Shown: positions 52,141 to 63,587 of the stretch, piece after piece
Layout of the letters: every line of letters begins with the position of its first letter
Numbering within the stretch: the first letter of the stretch is position 1
Source of the DNA: Malacoraja senta
Taxonomy: Eukaryota
Assembly (NCBI GenBank): GCA_038087875.1
Contig: JAXLNO010000186.1
Location: forward strand, 1-64,000
Length of the DNA: 64,000 nucleotides
Direction of reading: 5' to 3'
Translations under genes and position numbers: made by a program
The notes under the pieces: model-generated
Seen by the model: the letters and a program-made list of their open reading frames with translations, nothing else
What the model was told of the DNA's origin: nothing
Database searches by the model: none

Positions 52141-52440
52141 CTCTGGATTGGCCGTTTGCCGAATCCTTTGGTCTTGAATAACTTGCCGCCGTGAATGCAT
52201 GCGTAGTCGATCTCGGCAAACTTCCGTGCAGATGTGGACCAGGCACTCGCGGACCATCGAGGCGCAGCGGCGACGGGCACCCAAGTGCTTGGGTGCCCGT
52301 CGCCGCTGTGCCTCGATGGTCTGCGAGTGCCTGGTCCACATCTGCACGGAGTTGTCCCTCTGGTAGCGCCGGTACTCCTGGTGCAGCTCACTGTAGCTCG
52401 AGCACTCTGCACCCACTCGGAAACCCGTCACCTGTGTCAT
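52141..52440 (-). CDS. ZSWIM3-like: ZSWIM3-like coding exon 1 (ATG), frameshifted by a fold-back inversion
   Basis: gtagccATG at 52440. MTQVTGFRVGAECSSYSELHQEYRRYQRDNSVQMWTRHSQTIEAQRRRAPK, then in a shifted frame KFAEIDYACIHGGKLFKTKGFGKRPIQR, donor AG|gtgagg. Confidence 0.78.
52223..52350. repeat. 63-bp near-perfect inverted repeat with a 2-nt spacer
   Basis: 52223-52285 matches the reverse complement of 52288-52350 at 61 of 63 positions. Confidence 0.97.
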
Positions 52441-53269
52441 GGCTACACGTGCATCAGATGGATTTGGCCGACTGGAGAGCGGGCACTGAGAATAGACCAC
52501 ATGCAGAAGATGCAGGTCAGACAAGGTAGAACGGATCAGAACAGCTCATATATAGAGTTCAAGAATGGCACAGTGGCGCAACTGTAGAGTCACTGCCTCT
52601 AGGACAATTTACATGCTAGGACAATTTACAAATTACAATTTACAAATTTAGAGCAGCTAATTAACCTGCAAACCTGCACGTCTTTGGAGTGTGGGAGGAA
52701 ATCGAAGATCTCGGAGAAAGCTCACGGAGAGAATGTATAAACTCTGTACAGACAGCACCCGTAGTCGGGATCGAAACTGGGTCACTGTCGCTGCAAGCGT
52801 TTTAAGGCAGCAACTTTAAAACTGCGCCCCTGGAATTTCCACGTCCCATCCACTATCTCATCCCGTCCAGATCTTATCCTTGTGAATGCTGGTAATAGCA
52901 TCCGTTAGTTTTTCTTCCACTAACCTTTACCTCTCTGCACCGCTCAAGTCATAGAGTCATACAGCATGGAAATTGGCCCCTCAGCCCAACTCGCCCATGC
53001 GACCAACATGTCCATGCCTAATCCCTGGGATATGGAGCAGAGGGGATTATACACCTGTGATGGGAGAGTCCAGGGATTGGGGACTTGGGGAAGGGGGAGT
53101 GGGATGGAAAATTCCAGATTTGAGACTGGGAGCAAATGCGAGGATCAGGGGCAGAAAGATACTTCCTGTTGATAGTCAACCATGAGTCAGCAGAGGGTGA
53201 TTCAACAGGGAAAAAAGACTCAAAGTGCTGGAGTAACTCAGTGGGTCAGGCAGCATCTCTGGAGAAGCT

Positions 53270-54062
53270 GCTTTCTTCCCGTATGCCTCAATTCCATTGG
53301 TGCTAAGAACTATATTTAACTCTGTTGAACACATCCAGTGAATTGACCTCCACTTCCTTATGTGGCAGAGAATTCCAGATTTACAACTCTGGATGAAAAA
53401 GTTTTTCCTCATCTCAGTCCTATATGGCCATAGCATTCTTAAACTGTGACCCCTGTTTCTGGACTCCCCAAACATTGGGACCATTTTTCCTGCAGCTAGC
53501 CTATCTTATCCTTCTAAATGCTAGTGAATATAAGCAGTGGATCCATTCTTTTATCATATGTCAGTCCCACCATCCCTGGAATTAACCTGGTGAACCTACG
53601 CTGCACCCTCTCAAAAGCAAGAATGTCCTTCCTCAAATTAGGTGACCAAAACTGCACACAATACTCCAGCTGTGGCCTCACCAGGTCCCTGTACAACTAC
53701 AGTAGGACCTCTTTGCTCCTATACTCAAATCCTTCAGCTATGATGGCCAACATGCCATTTGCCTTCTTCACTGCCTGCTGTACCTGCATGCTTACTTTCT
53801 ATGACTGATGTACAAAGACACCCAGGTCTCGTTGCGCCTCCCGTCTTCCTAATCTGACACCATTCAGTTAATAATCTAACTTCTTGTTCTTGCCACCAAA
53901 GAGGATAACGTTACATTTATCCAAATTATACTGCACCTGCCATTCATCTGCCCACTCACCCAACCTATCCAAGTCACCCTGCAGCCTCATAGCATCCTCC
54001 TCGCACCTCACACTACCACCCAGCTTTGTGTCATCCGCAAACTTGGAGATGTTACATTCAAT
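53270..54062 (-). mobile_element. CR1 3' fragment
   Basis: NISKFADDTKLGG and LVRPQLEYCVQFWSP. Confidence 0.85.
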
Positions 54063-54609
54063 ACATAGGTACATAGGTGATGTTTCGGGTCAGGATCCTT
54101 CCTCACAATGTTTGCAGTGAAGGAGGGAAGAAATCTGGAAGGGAGGAAGAACAGGGCAAAGAGTAGAAGGTAAGAGGTGAACAAGGACGGTTTTTGATAG
54201 GCAGATGGTTAGACAGAGGCCAGAGAAGGAAATAAGGCGTGAGACGAAAGGTTTAAAGAGTTCTACTGTGGTGTTGGGGTTGAGAGATGGAGGACAATTT
54301 GGAGACTGGGCAATTCTCAGTTTGCGAGCTCAGGATTTAGACGGAACAGCAATCCCAGAAATTGGAAAGATTGCCATGCATTTACATGGCACTGGTGACC
54401 TAGCCGGGTTTGTGTGCAGATTGCAATTCCACAGGTTTAAGGGTTAGAGGTCAATTCCTGTGGGAATTCCCTGGATCAGAGATGAGATCCAATCATTAGG
54501 CTTGGGGGAGACAAGTTGCAATCCGACGGATTGGGGACTGCGGGGGAGATCCAAGGGACCGATTCCTGGGTTTCCGGAAATGACAATTTCCTGAGATTTA
54601 AGGTTAGAT

Positions 54610-54860
54610 TTGGGGAGATCTGGGATCAGAGATGGGGCATGTTCCAACTCCTGGGATCAGTGATGAGGTGGGATCCAATTCCTGGAATTAGAGATGGGCT
54701 ATGGTCTAATCCCTGGCATCACCAATGGGGCAAACTCCAATCCCTGGGATCAGAGACAGGGTGGGGTCCATTCCCAGAGATTAGGATAAAACAGGCTCCA
54801 ATCCCAGGGATCAGAGGACGGGTGGGGTCCAATCACTGGGATCAGAGACTGCAGTCTAAT
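54610..54860. repeat. Degenerate ~31-bp minisatellite (ccaatccctgggatcagagacagggtggggt)
   Basis: At least 6 consecutive 30-31-bp units can be aligned by eye. Confidence 0.7.
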
Positions 54861-54914
54861 CCTTCGGTGCAATGGGAAGTGGGAATCATTGGGATCAGGG
54901 ACAATCCCTGGGAT

Positions 54915-56070
54915 ACAAATTCCTGGAGTTGGAATAATAATTGAACGAGTGCAGGTGGAGGAATAATTGTGTTTGAGGTGGGGGCATCCCTGGGTTAGAT
55001 AGTGGAATTTCCTGGGGTTCAGATAGCACTGCCTGCATCAGAGCACTGGTTGAATCTGAGGTAATCCCTGGGTAAGAGAGGATGGCAATTCCAGACATTA
55101 GAATAATCGCCCGTGAGCCGGGGGAATCCCCCAGTCTGGGCTGGGAGCATCTTGCAATTCTCAGCATTGGGAGGGAAATCATGATATTGTGGATCAGTGT
55201 TGGGGGCAATCCTTGATTCAGGTAGGCTGCAAGTTCCTGGGATTGGGATAATCACCCATGTGTGGGTGGGGGGTAATTCCTTAGGTTGGGTTAGGGGTAT
55301 CTTGCAATGCTGAGCATTGGGAGAGGGGACAATCGCTAATTTAGAAAGGATGGATATTTCTGGCATTGGAATAATAATTGCCCGTGTGCAGGTGGGGATA
55401 ATTGAATCCCTGGGTTGGGGGTAGGGGCATCCTGCAAAGCTCAGCACTGTGAGGGACGTCTACAGGATGGTACATCGGAATAAATCCCTGGTTTTGATGG
55501 ATGAGAATTCCTGGGATTGGGATAATAATCGCCCTTGTTGCAGGTAGGGTGGTAATTCTCCATGTTTGCAATGAGAGCATCTTGCAAGGCCCCGCATACG
55601 GAGAAAAATCCCTGGGATGGGAGATCGGTGGCAACGCCTGATTTAGAAAGGATAGAAATTCCTGGCATTGGTATGATAACCACCCATGTGGGGTTGATGG
55701 GATAATTACCCAGTTTGGGGTAGGGGCATCTTGCAATGTTCAACATTGGGATAGGGGATCGGGATGAATCCCTGATTTAGATAAGATACAAATTCATGGG
55801 ATTGGGATAAAAAATACCAGTGTATGTGCGGGGAATAGGTACCTGGGTTTGGGGGAAGGGGCGTCTTCCAATGCTCAGTATTGGGATGCAAATCTGCGGG
55901 ACAGTAGATCGGGATCAATCCCTGAATTAGGTTGATGCAAATTCCTGGGATTGGGATAAAATTGCCCGTGTGTGGGCGGGGTTAATGAATAGGGACGGGG
56001 GGCGGTTGCAGTCCGGTGCTTGCGGTGCAGGATTGGGATGATCCCGGATTCCTGGGCACAGGGATGGGAT
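54915..56070. repeat. Degenerate tandem array, unit about 125-170 bp, about 8 copies
   Basis: Anchors ttcctgg(g/c)attgg(g/a)ata and gcatcttgcaa recur at regular spacing. Confidence 0.7.
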
Positions 56071-56074
56071 TCCC

Positions 56075-56520
56075 CGCGTGTTTGGCAGCGTCTGACGCGC
56101 AGCCGCGGTGCCGGCACTTTGTCGCCGCTCCGGGCCCGGGCCCAGGTTGTCGCTGCCGGCGCACGGGCGCCGCTCTCACAGCACCAGCGCCACCTACCGT
56201 TCAACTGTGAGCGGCCCCACTCTCTCTCTCTCTCTCTCTCTCCGTCTCCGCCCCCAGCGCCCGCCATCCGGGTCCGGGCCGCCGGCTCCCCGCCCGCTCC
56301 GGACCACCTGCACATGCGCACTGACACGGCACGGCCGGACACCCTGCACACGCGCACTGACACGGCCTGCACAAAGTGGGCTGCCCTGCACATGCGCACT
56401 ACCACGGCAACCAGTCGGCGCCGGGCACTTTTTCCCTCGCTTTGCATTGTGGGAGATATGGCCGCCATTGTTCTCCGGTCGCCGCCTCGCCGCGACCGCT
56501 GAAACTCGACGCCGAATCAC
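56075..56520. promoter_or_regulatory. CpG-island promoter with 3 NRF1-like sites, a ZNF143-like site and a YY1-like site
   Basis: CpG-dense. TGCACATGCGCA at 56309 and 56387, TGCACACGCGCA at 56345, gcattgtgggag at 56444, gccgccattgtt at 56461, and a minus-strand splice donor at 56198. Confidence 0.7.
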
Positions 56521-57994
56521 TCCGTGGAGCAGGCAGCATCTCTGGATAGGAATTGGTTGACGTTTCGGGTCAAGACTTTTTAGACTCCCTCTCGTTTTAG
56601 TGTTTTTAGTTTAATTTAAAAATACAGCGCGGAAAAAGGACCTTCGGCCCACCGAGTCCACACCGACCACCGATCACCCGTACACTAGTTCTATCCTACA
56701 TACTAGGGACATAAATCGAGAGTCAAGAGTGTTTCATTCTCTGATGTCCCAGTTAAAACAATGAAATCCGTACTTGCAGCAGCACAACAGAATATGTAAA
56801 CATAGTACTCTGTAAACAATGTTATAAACGAGAAAACAAATCAACATATATTTATATATGAATATATAACTATATAAATATATATATGTGTGTGTGTGTG
56901 TGTATATATATATACACCCACACACAGCATTTCCCTCCTGGGATTTATAAAATTATATCGTATAGTATCGTGTGTGTAGGAAGGAACTGCAGATGCTGGT
57001 TTACACCGAAGATGGACACAAAAAGCTGTACTAACTCAAGATGTCAAACATAATCTCTGGACCAAAGGAAAATATTACGTTTTGGGTTGGGTCTGATAAA
57101 GGGTCCTGCACACCTTTGGAATGGGAAGGAAACAAGTTCATTGAAACCCGGAAATAACCCATGCGATCAAAGGGAAAAGGAGCAAACTCCATACAGACAG
57201 CACCCATATTCAGGATCGATTCCGGGTCTCTGGCACTTTTAGGCAGCAACTTTACGGCCAATGTACTGCCCCAAAGTCTTGAAGTGAATTAAAACATAGC
57301 TGTTAAGGAGACGTAGTGTGACTTAGAGATTTAAGACTGAAAATAGATAGTTGATTTTTTTTTAGTAACCAAAGATATCAACGTTTAATTTTTTGCGTGT
57401 TGGAAATCAAGATATAGTGGCACAGCCAGAGAACTGTGTTCGATCCTGTCCTCGGGCACTGTCTGTGTTGAATTTGCACATTCTCCCTGCAAGCATGTGG
57501 GTTTTCTCCCACATCCTAAAGATGCATTGGCTTTGTAGGTTAATTTGTCTCTGTAAAATTGCCCCGCATGTGTAGGGAGTGGGTGAGGTAAGTGGGATAA
57601 CATAGACCTAGTGTGAATGGGTGATCGATGGTCCGTATACTTGGTGGGCCGAAAGGCCTATTTCCATGTTAAATATCTAATGGAATTATGCAAGAGACCA
57701 AAGTATGAAGATGTACTGGAAACCTAGAGGGCTGAAAGATTGGAGGAGGTGGCGTGAATGGCAAAATTCATGTTTCTTTTTAATCTACCACCCAGTTCCT
57801 TTCCCCTCCTCCATCCACTCATCTCCCACCCTTCCCAATGCCAAGTCACCCATTTTTATCCCCAAATCCATGCTCATGCTCATGCCACCCCTGGTTCTAC
57901 ACTTTATGCGCCATTTCCACCATTTTGTTTTCTGTGTTTATAACCAAAGATACCAGAGGATAAACATTGTTTATAATCTCCAACTCCCGCATCC

Positions 57995-58044
57995 GTCATT
58001 AATGCGGCCACCACGTGACGCGACACCATCTTGTCGATGCGGCC
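57995..58044 (+). promoter_or_regulatory. Second CpG-rich promoter: E-box CACGTGAC and a YY1-like ccatctt just before an ATG
   Basis: ccacgtgacgcgacaccatcttgtcgatgcggccATG. Confidence 0.5.
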
Positions 58045-58069
58045 ATGACGACGGTCGAGGACGGAGAAG
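58045..58069 (+). CDS. Putative first coding exon of an unidentified plus-strand gene (MTTVEDGE)
   Basis: Kozak context gcggccATG. Phase-1 donor AG|gtgaag, with an alternative 6 nt downstream in the same phase. Confidence 0.4.
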
Positions 58070-58120
58070 GTGAAGGTGAAGCGGGTTTGGGTTTTTGATC
58101 CACGTCTGTGTCCGTCTGAG

Positions 58121-58270
58121 CTCCCTCCCTCCCTCCCTCCCTCTGCAGCCCCACCCCGGGCGCTCCCTCCCTCCCTCTGCAGCCCCACCCCGGGCGCTCC
58201 CTCTGCAGCCCCACCCCGGGCGCTCCCTCCCTCCCTCTGCAGCCCCACCCCGGGCGCTCCCTCCCTCCCT
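58121..58270. repeat. GC-rich minisatellite ctctgcagccccaccccgggcgctcc+(ctcc)n, 4 copies
   Basis: Directly visible. Confidence 0.9.
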
Positions 58271-59684
58271 CTCTCCCTATTCCCCTCCCCTGGGCCTCCA
58301 GGGTCCCGGGCGCTCACTGGGCTGTGTTATGTGAAACGGTGTTTGACGAATTCAAAAAGGTTTTAATCTAGAACTCGTCCAGCATTGATCATGAAGAGCG
58401 AGGGGAGTGGAGGGGCGGCGCGGTGTCGCAGCGGTAGAGTTGCTGCCTGAGTGACAGCGCCACAGATGTGGGTTCGATCCTGACTACAGGTGTTGGCTGC
58501 ACAGCGTTGGCTCCTTCGTTCCTTCTCCCCATGGCCTCGGTGGGTTTTCTCCGGGTTCTCCAGTTTACTCCCACACCCCAAAGACGGCAGGAGCAGAATT
58601 CCGCGAGTAATGGAGGATAAGTGTACACATCTCTTTGCCGTGTACAAAAGATGGTGGTAATAGTGAGGTGAGACTTCCACTGCTGAATTAAAATATGTAC
58701 TCATTCTAGATTCTTTCATCCTCCTGCAGTCTCTACAGTAATATCAATTGGCTAATTGTGCCACGGATTCCTGCCCCTCCTATGGTTGTATAACTCCTGA
58801 TCGAAGAGGAGGATTTACCAGGAGCCCTGCTGCGGTTATGTTGCATAGGTAGGTTCAGAGGTGCCATGTGATTATGCATCCTATATACATTGCACAATTG
58901 GAAATCTGGTTATGTACGGTTTAAAATTAATTTGCACGAGTTGTCTATGGAAATGAATCAGATAGTCGACACACTTTTGCCAACGTCACTGATTTGTATT
59001 TTGCCAAATCATCCTCAAAGTTGCTGATGTTAAGCTAAAGTTGACTGACTAAAAGAAAGGAATAGAACAAAGAACATGGCCCTTTGGCCCACATTGTGCC
59101 GAACATGATGCCAAGATAAACTAATCCTCTCTGCCTGCACGTGATCCATTCCCTGCATATCCATGTGCCAATAAAAGGATATAGAAGAATAACATAGAAC
59201 TGGCAAAAAAACGAATAAATAACTTATTGTCGAGTTCAGCATCTTAAATAGTTTTACTCACTCCCCTAACCAGCAGGGAGTGACTCAAAGTACTGCATTT
59301 CAGTTGTGTAGTCTTGCCTTTGATGCTAGCTGCTGCACCATGTGATAATTAAAGTTCACTTGGTGCAGCCGCAAGACTCTCCATTTCACTGCCTACTAAG
59401 TTGGGCAGCAGTTTTGAGTGTCACTAAATATCTAGTCTTGGATTCATTCCATAGGGTCCTTGAATGAAATTCAACTGCTGCAGCCCTACTTCGACGTACA
59501 TTGTTTGTAAAATCTTCACCCTCTCCTCTGGTTATCTCCTCTTTACACTCTCAGTCCTGTTGCAGGATCTTGACCTGAGGCTTCCACAGTACTTGGAAGT
59601 ACCCCTGAGTTTCTCCAGTAATGTGTTTGTTGCCATATAAAAATGCTATTGTTTATGATACCAGAAATTCTTTTCTCTCGACAG

Positions 59685-59755
59685 TTAAGTATGGACAGAT
59701 TGCCTCTTTGAAGAACATTGGCAGGAAATTCGACACTAGTGCCCAGATGTCCGAG
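59685..59755 (+). CDS. Putative second exon of the unidentified plus-strand gene ((V)KYGQIASLKNIGRKFDTSAQMSE)
   Basis: Strong acceptor ttcttttctctcgacag| and donor GAG|gtaaac. 71 nt, open in phase 1, matching the 58045 exon. Non-repetitive context. Confidence 0.5.
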
Positions 59756-59984
59756 GTAAACTAGGGGAAGGCTTATTATTAGAATTAGCTTTTATTTCAA
59801 TGTATTACAGGAATACAATTTACCGTGCCGTTGTATTGGTTACTGCACTGGAGCTATCACTTCACATTCACTTTGCCCCTCATCATTTAACCTCCCCACC
59901 ACCTTTCAAATGAAAAAAAACCATTATGGATATTCCCAAAACAATAGGAGAGATTGGACAGCAGATGGTGCAAGGTCATTGATA

Positions 59985-60240
59985 ATCAAGTCAAGTCAAG
60001 TGAGTTTATTGTCATGTGTCCCTGGTAGGACAATTAAATTCTTGCTTTGCTTGAGCACAACAGAACATAATAGGCATTTACTACAAGGCATTCTATAAAT
60101 ATATACACAATGGTCAATATACTGATAAAGTGCAAATAACAGTATTGGCTAGTAAAGTTCAGTGTTATGTCCGAGCCAGGTTTAATAGCCTGATGGCTGT
60201 GGGGAAGTAGCTGTTCCTGAACCTGGTCGTTGCAGTCTTC
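59985..60240 (-). mobile_element. Rex1/Babar 3' end fragment (same family as 1246-3480)
   Basis: Closely matches 1246-1512: tcaagtcaag tail and aggtttaatagcctgatggctgtggggaagtag. Confidence 0.8.
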
Positions 60241-61286
60241 AATGAATGGGATGTTGCTCATTTAGTGGATATTACAGACTGTTTGAAAGTCTTTGCTTGT
60301 TTTGGTCATTGTTCTATTTCTTATTAATCATTTTTAACAGAAATTTTCAACGACCAACTTTTAATATTCATAGATTTGGAGACAAATGGATTCATTTGGC
60401 AATAATTTGTCAATCTTATCCTTTCCATTACAAAGCTAAGTGGAAAAGCATATTATGTCTATTCTGTTAACCAAAAACTTTCCCTCAATGTTTTAGTCTT
60501 TTCCTGAAAAATATAATTTCACATTTTCTACCAATACTTAATCATTTTTACAACTTTTCTAGTGTATCCATATTTTTTTTAAACACAACCCTGCGTTTTG
60601 AAACTTTGGGTTTGTCCCTCTATAAATATGCTTGGTTTGCTTTTGCTTGAACCTTTTAATCTACCATGATTTTTTGTATATTTGTCCCTCCAAATTATTT
60701 TTTTCCCTTTAGATTCTTAGACACTTAACCTAGAATTTTGCCACATCAGGAAAACAGGTGTTAAAGCTGAAAATTGTATTAATGTGATGTAATTTTGCCC
60801 ACATTTTTGGCACATCAACATCTATCATTAATCGCGTATGATTATTTTAATGCATGATTTGTTAACCTAACATCTAGCTCAGCAAAATAATGGCAATGCC
60901 CAAATTCATCTCTAGGGAGATTTTCAATGACGTTGGTCTAATTAACGACTGCCATTGATCACGGAGAAGAACCAGCTTTTATTAATCAAGCTGAAACTGA
61001 ATGTCTTTATACAGCAAATCTGTGTTCTTGTAGTCTGATTGTTGCATGCTATCTTACACTCTTAGAACCAGCTGCACGCATGTTTATAGAACAATACAGC
61101 ACAAGAACAGACCCTTTGGGCCACAATGTCTGTGTCAAACATGATGCCAAGACCATCTCTTGCTCACCTGTGTACTTAATCCATATCCCTCCATTCCTAG
61201 GACATTCATGTGCCCATCTAAAAGCCTCTTAAATGCCACTATAATATCTGTGTCAATCCCCAACCTTGGCAGCGCATTCTAGGCAC

Positions 61287-62217
61287 CAGGCATGTGCCGT
61301 GAGTAATTACTCAGGATAGGCAGTCAGCCGGCTTTAAAAAAAAATCTTAAACCGTGCATGCGCAGATTGTTCTCTCCGTAAAAAATAAAAAATAAGTAAC
61401 AAAAACAATTCAGACGGAGAGCACTGCCAGAGGTGAGCGGGGACCAGCAGAAGGGGCTGAAGTGGCAGCCGGTTCTGCTGTCGGGTCCCGGCGGCCGCTC
61501 GCAGTCACCCGAGCTGCTTCCTTCCTCGGAAGTGGTGGCCAGTTCTGCTGTCCGAGCCCGGCAGCCACCCGAGCCAATTCACTCCCCGGCCGCAATAAAA
61601 CCATATAAAACCATATAGCAATTACAGCACGGAAACAGGCCATCTCGGCCCTTCTAGTCCATGCCGAAAACTTACTCTCACCTAGTCCCACCTGCACTAT
61701 CACCTGCATTCAGCGTGGCAAGTGGGTTATTGACCCCAATCCCCTCCTTCACAACGCCAGACTCCCCAAACACTATGAAAGGAGCTCTCCCCCCACCCTG
61801 GGAAATACAGTATTTAAAAACATAAAGCACCAAAATATGTACTTACCACATTATTGGTACATTAAGTGCATTCTTCACTCTTTGTTTCCTAAGATACTAT
61901 TAAAATAATGGCAATCCATATTTGAACATCCAGCCAAGAAACTCGCTCTTCAGCAAAGGCAGAATTTGTGCTGCCTTTCGCTCCCCTTGAAACTGACGGC
62001 TTCAGGCAGCGTTGACGGCACGTGGGCTGCACAGACCTTCCCGTGTTACAAGTGCTGCGGATGAAAGGCACGGAGAATTATGCCTACCTAATAGATCGAT
62101 CTCTTAGATAGGCATAATTCTCCCATGCCTTTACTATTTATATTTAATAATTGCCATTTCATAATTTTAGTCAGGGTAGGCAGTGCCTACCTTGCCTACC
62201 CTGACGGCACGTGCCTG
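61287..62217. mobile_element. Non-autonomous hAT DNA transposon (931 bp) inserted in a CR1 fragment
   Basis: TIRs caggcatgtgccgtgag and ctgacggcacgtgcctg (15 of 17 match). Perfect 8-bp TSD ctaggcac at 61279-61286 and 62218-62225. The host CR1 sequence rejoins across it. Confidence 0.9.
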
Positions 62218-63189
62218 CTAGGCACTCAACACCCTCTGTGTAATAAAAATAATAATTATCTTCCACATCTCATTCGAACTTTGCTACCTGCACCTTAAAG
62301 CTATGCCCTCTTGTATTAGATTTTTCCATCCTGCAGATTAAATACATTCTGACTCTCTCCAATCTATGCCTCTCATTTTATATACTTCTATCAGGTCTCG
62401 GTGAAACCTCTGTCGTTCGAGAGAAAACAATCTTAAGTCTGACTAACCTCTCCCTGTAGCTAATACCCCCTAACCCAGACAAACCTAACAATTCCAGACA
62501 TTTGCAATAAAAAATATCTCATAGAGCCTCTGGATCTTACACTCCTAATCATAGTTGTCAAGAAGTTAGTCCTCAAGACAACGTAGGTTAGTATTTATTT
62601 CTGGAGAGGCGGAATTAAAATGTCAAAGTTACTGAGTTCTGATTCTGCTTCATATGTGGAAAGACGTATGACTACATGGAAGCATTGGAGAGGATACAAA
62701 CATGATCAACAGGTGTGGTACCAAAATTGGGAATTACTACTCATCTTTTGAACAATGAGTTAATTTGACTGGGAATAACAGGAACTTAACAAGATACCAG
62801 GGTTCTCCATTTCACCCACTACCAACCCTTACAGACAACCATGGCTTATTCTAGACCAAACCATATGTCACTTTAACCACTTATTTGCTGTGGAGATCCA
62901 GGAGAGGGTTGAGGCCCTCATTCAGGTTCCCAGTGTAGTAGTGGAGCGGACAGTGACTCGTGCTAAGTTTCTGACACAGAAGTGTCATCACTAACATATC
63001 TAAACAATAAAGCAATGATGATCTATTTTAGCATAATTCCACTCCATTATTTCATTCCTGGAAACATCCTGAGCAGTAAACAAGATGCTGCGTAGCATCA
63101 ATCCTTTTACTTAGATCCTTTCACTTTGTTTGATTTTGTGTGGCACATTAATGACGGCCTTCGATACATCTCTGATGTATGTTTTGCAG

Positions 63190-63435
63190 GTTAAGAGTAG
63201 CGTAGACGAGGCGGCCATTTCACCAAACATTTTCCCTTGGTTCACCAAGGCCCGCTGGATTCCACCATTTGCTAACCACTTGAACTCCCCTTCCCATTCC
63301 CACACTGACCTTTTCAGTCCTGGGCCACCTCCATTGCCTGAATGAAGCCAAATGCAAAGTGGAGTAACAACACCTGATATTCCGGTTAGGGTAGCTTCAA
63401 ATGTATGAATATTGCATTCTCCAATTTTAAGTAAC
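63190..63435 (+). mobile_element. Old Penelope GIY-YIG fragment
   Basis: PFANHLNSPSHSHTDL, similar to PVAQHFNSPSHSESDL at 20.4 and 21.2 kb. Confidence 0.6.
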
Positions 63436-63587
63436 ATCGCCCTTCCACTCTCCTGTTTCGTGTGTGTGTCCGTTCCCCTCACCACCACTCCCCCCCCCCC
63501 TGTTACCCTCACCCCCCCCCCCCACCACCTGATGCACTCATTTCTCCCACCATCCCCCTCTTCTTTAACCCACTCTATCCTATCTAT

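Larger units (their letters stand above)
29343..56300 (-). pseudogene. ZSWIM3-like: ZSWIM3-like MULE-transposase-derived gene, reading frame broken as assembled (probable pseudogene or disrupted allele)
   Basis: Five coding exons with GT-AG boundaries were reconstructed, plus a putative 5' UTR exon whose donor ACG|gtaggt is at 56198. Domain order is a C..C..HxH Zn motif, a MULE/RNase-H-like core (FPEVLL, CLAH) and a SWIM finger. Frame breaks occur in coding exons 1 and 3. Confidence 0.75.

Noticed and set aside
41047..52440. Idea that the extra exon-2 copies compensate for the exon-1 frameshift
   Set aside because: In the shifted frame exon 2 reads NQQDEVSVYD and then TAA, so there is no rescue.
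55875..56560. Several 100-200-aa ORFs over the CpG island
   Set aside because: Expected in GC-rich DNA, low complexity, and they run through a (CT)n tract.
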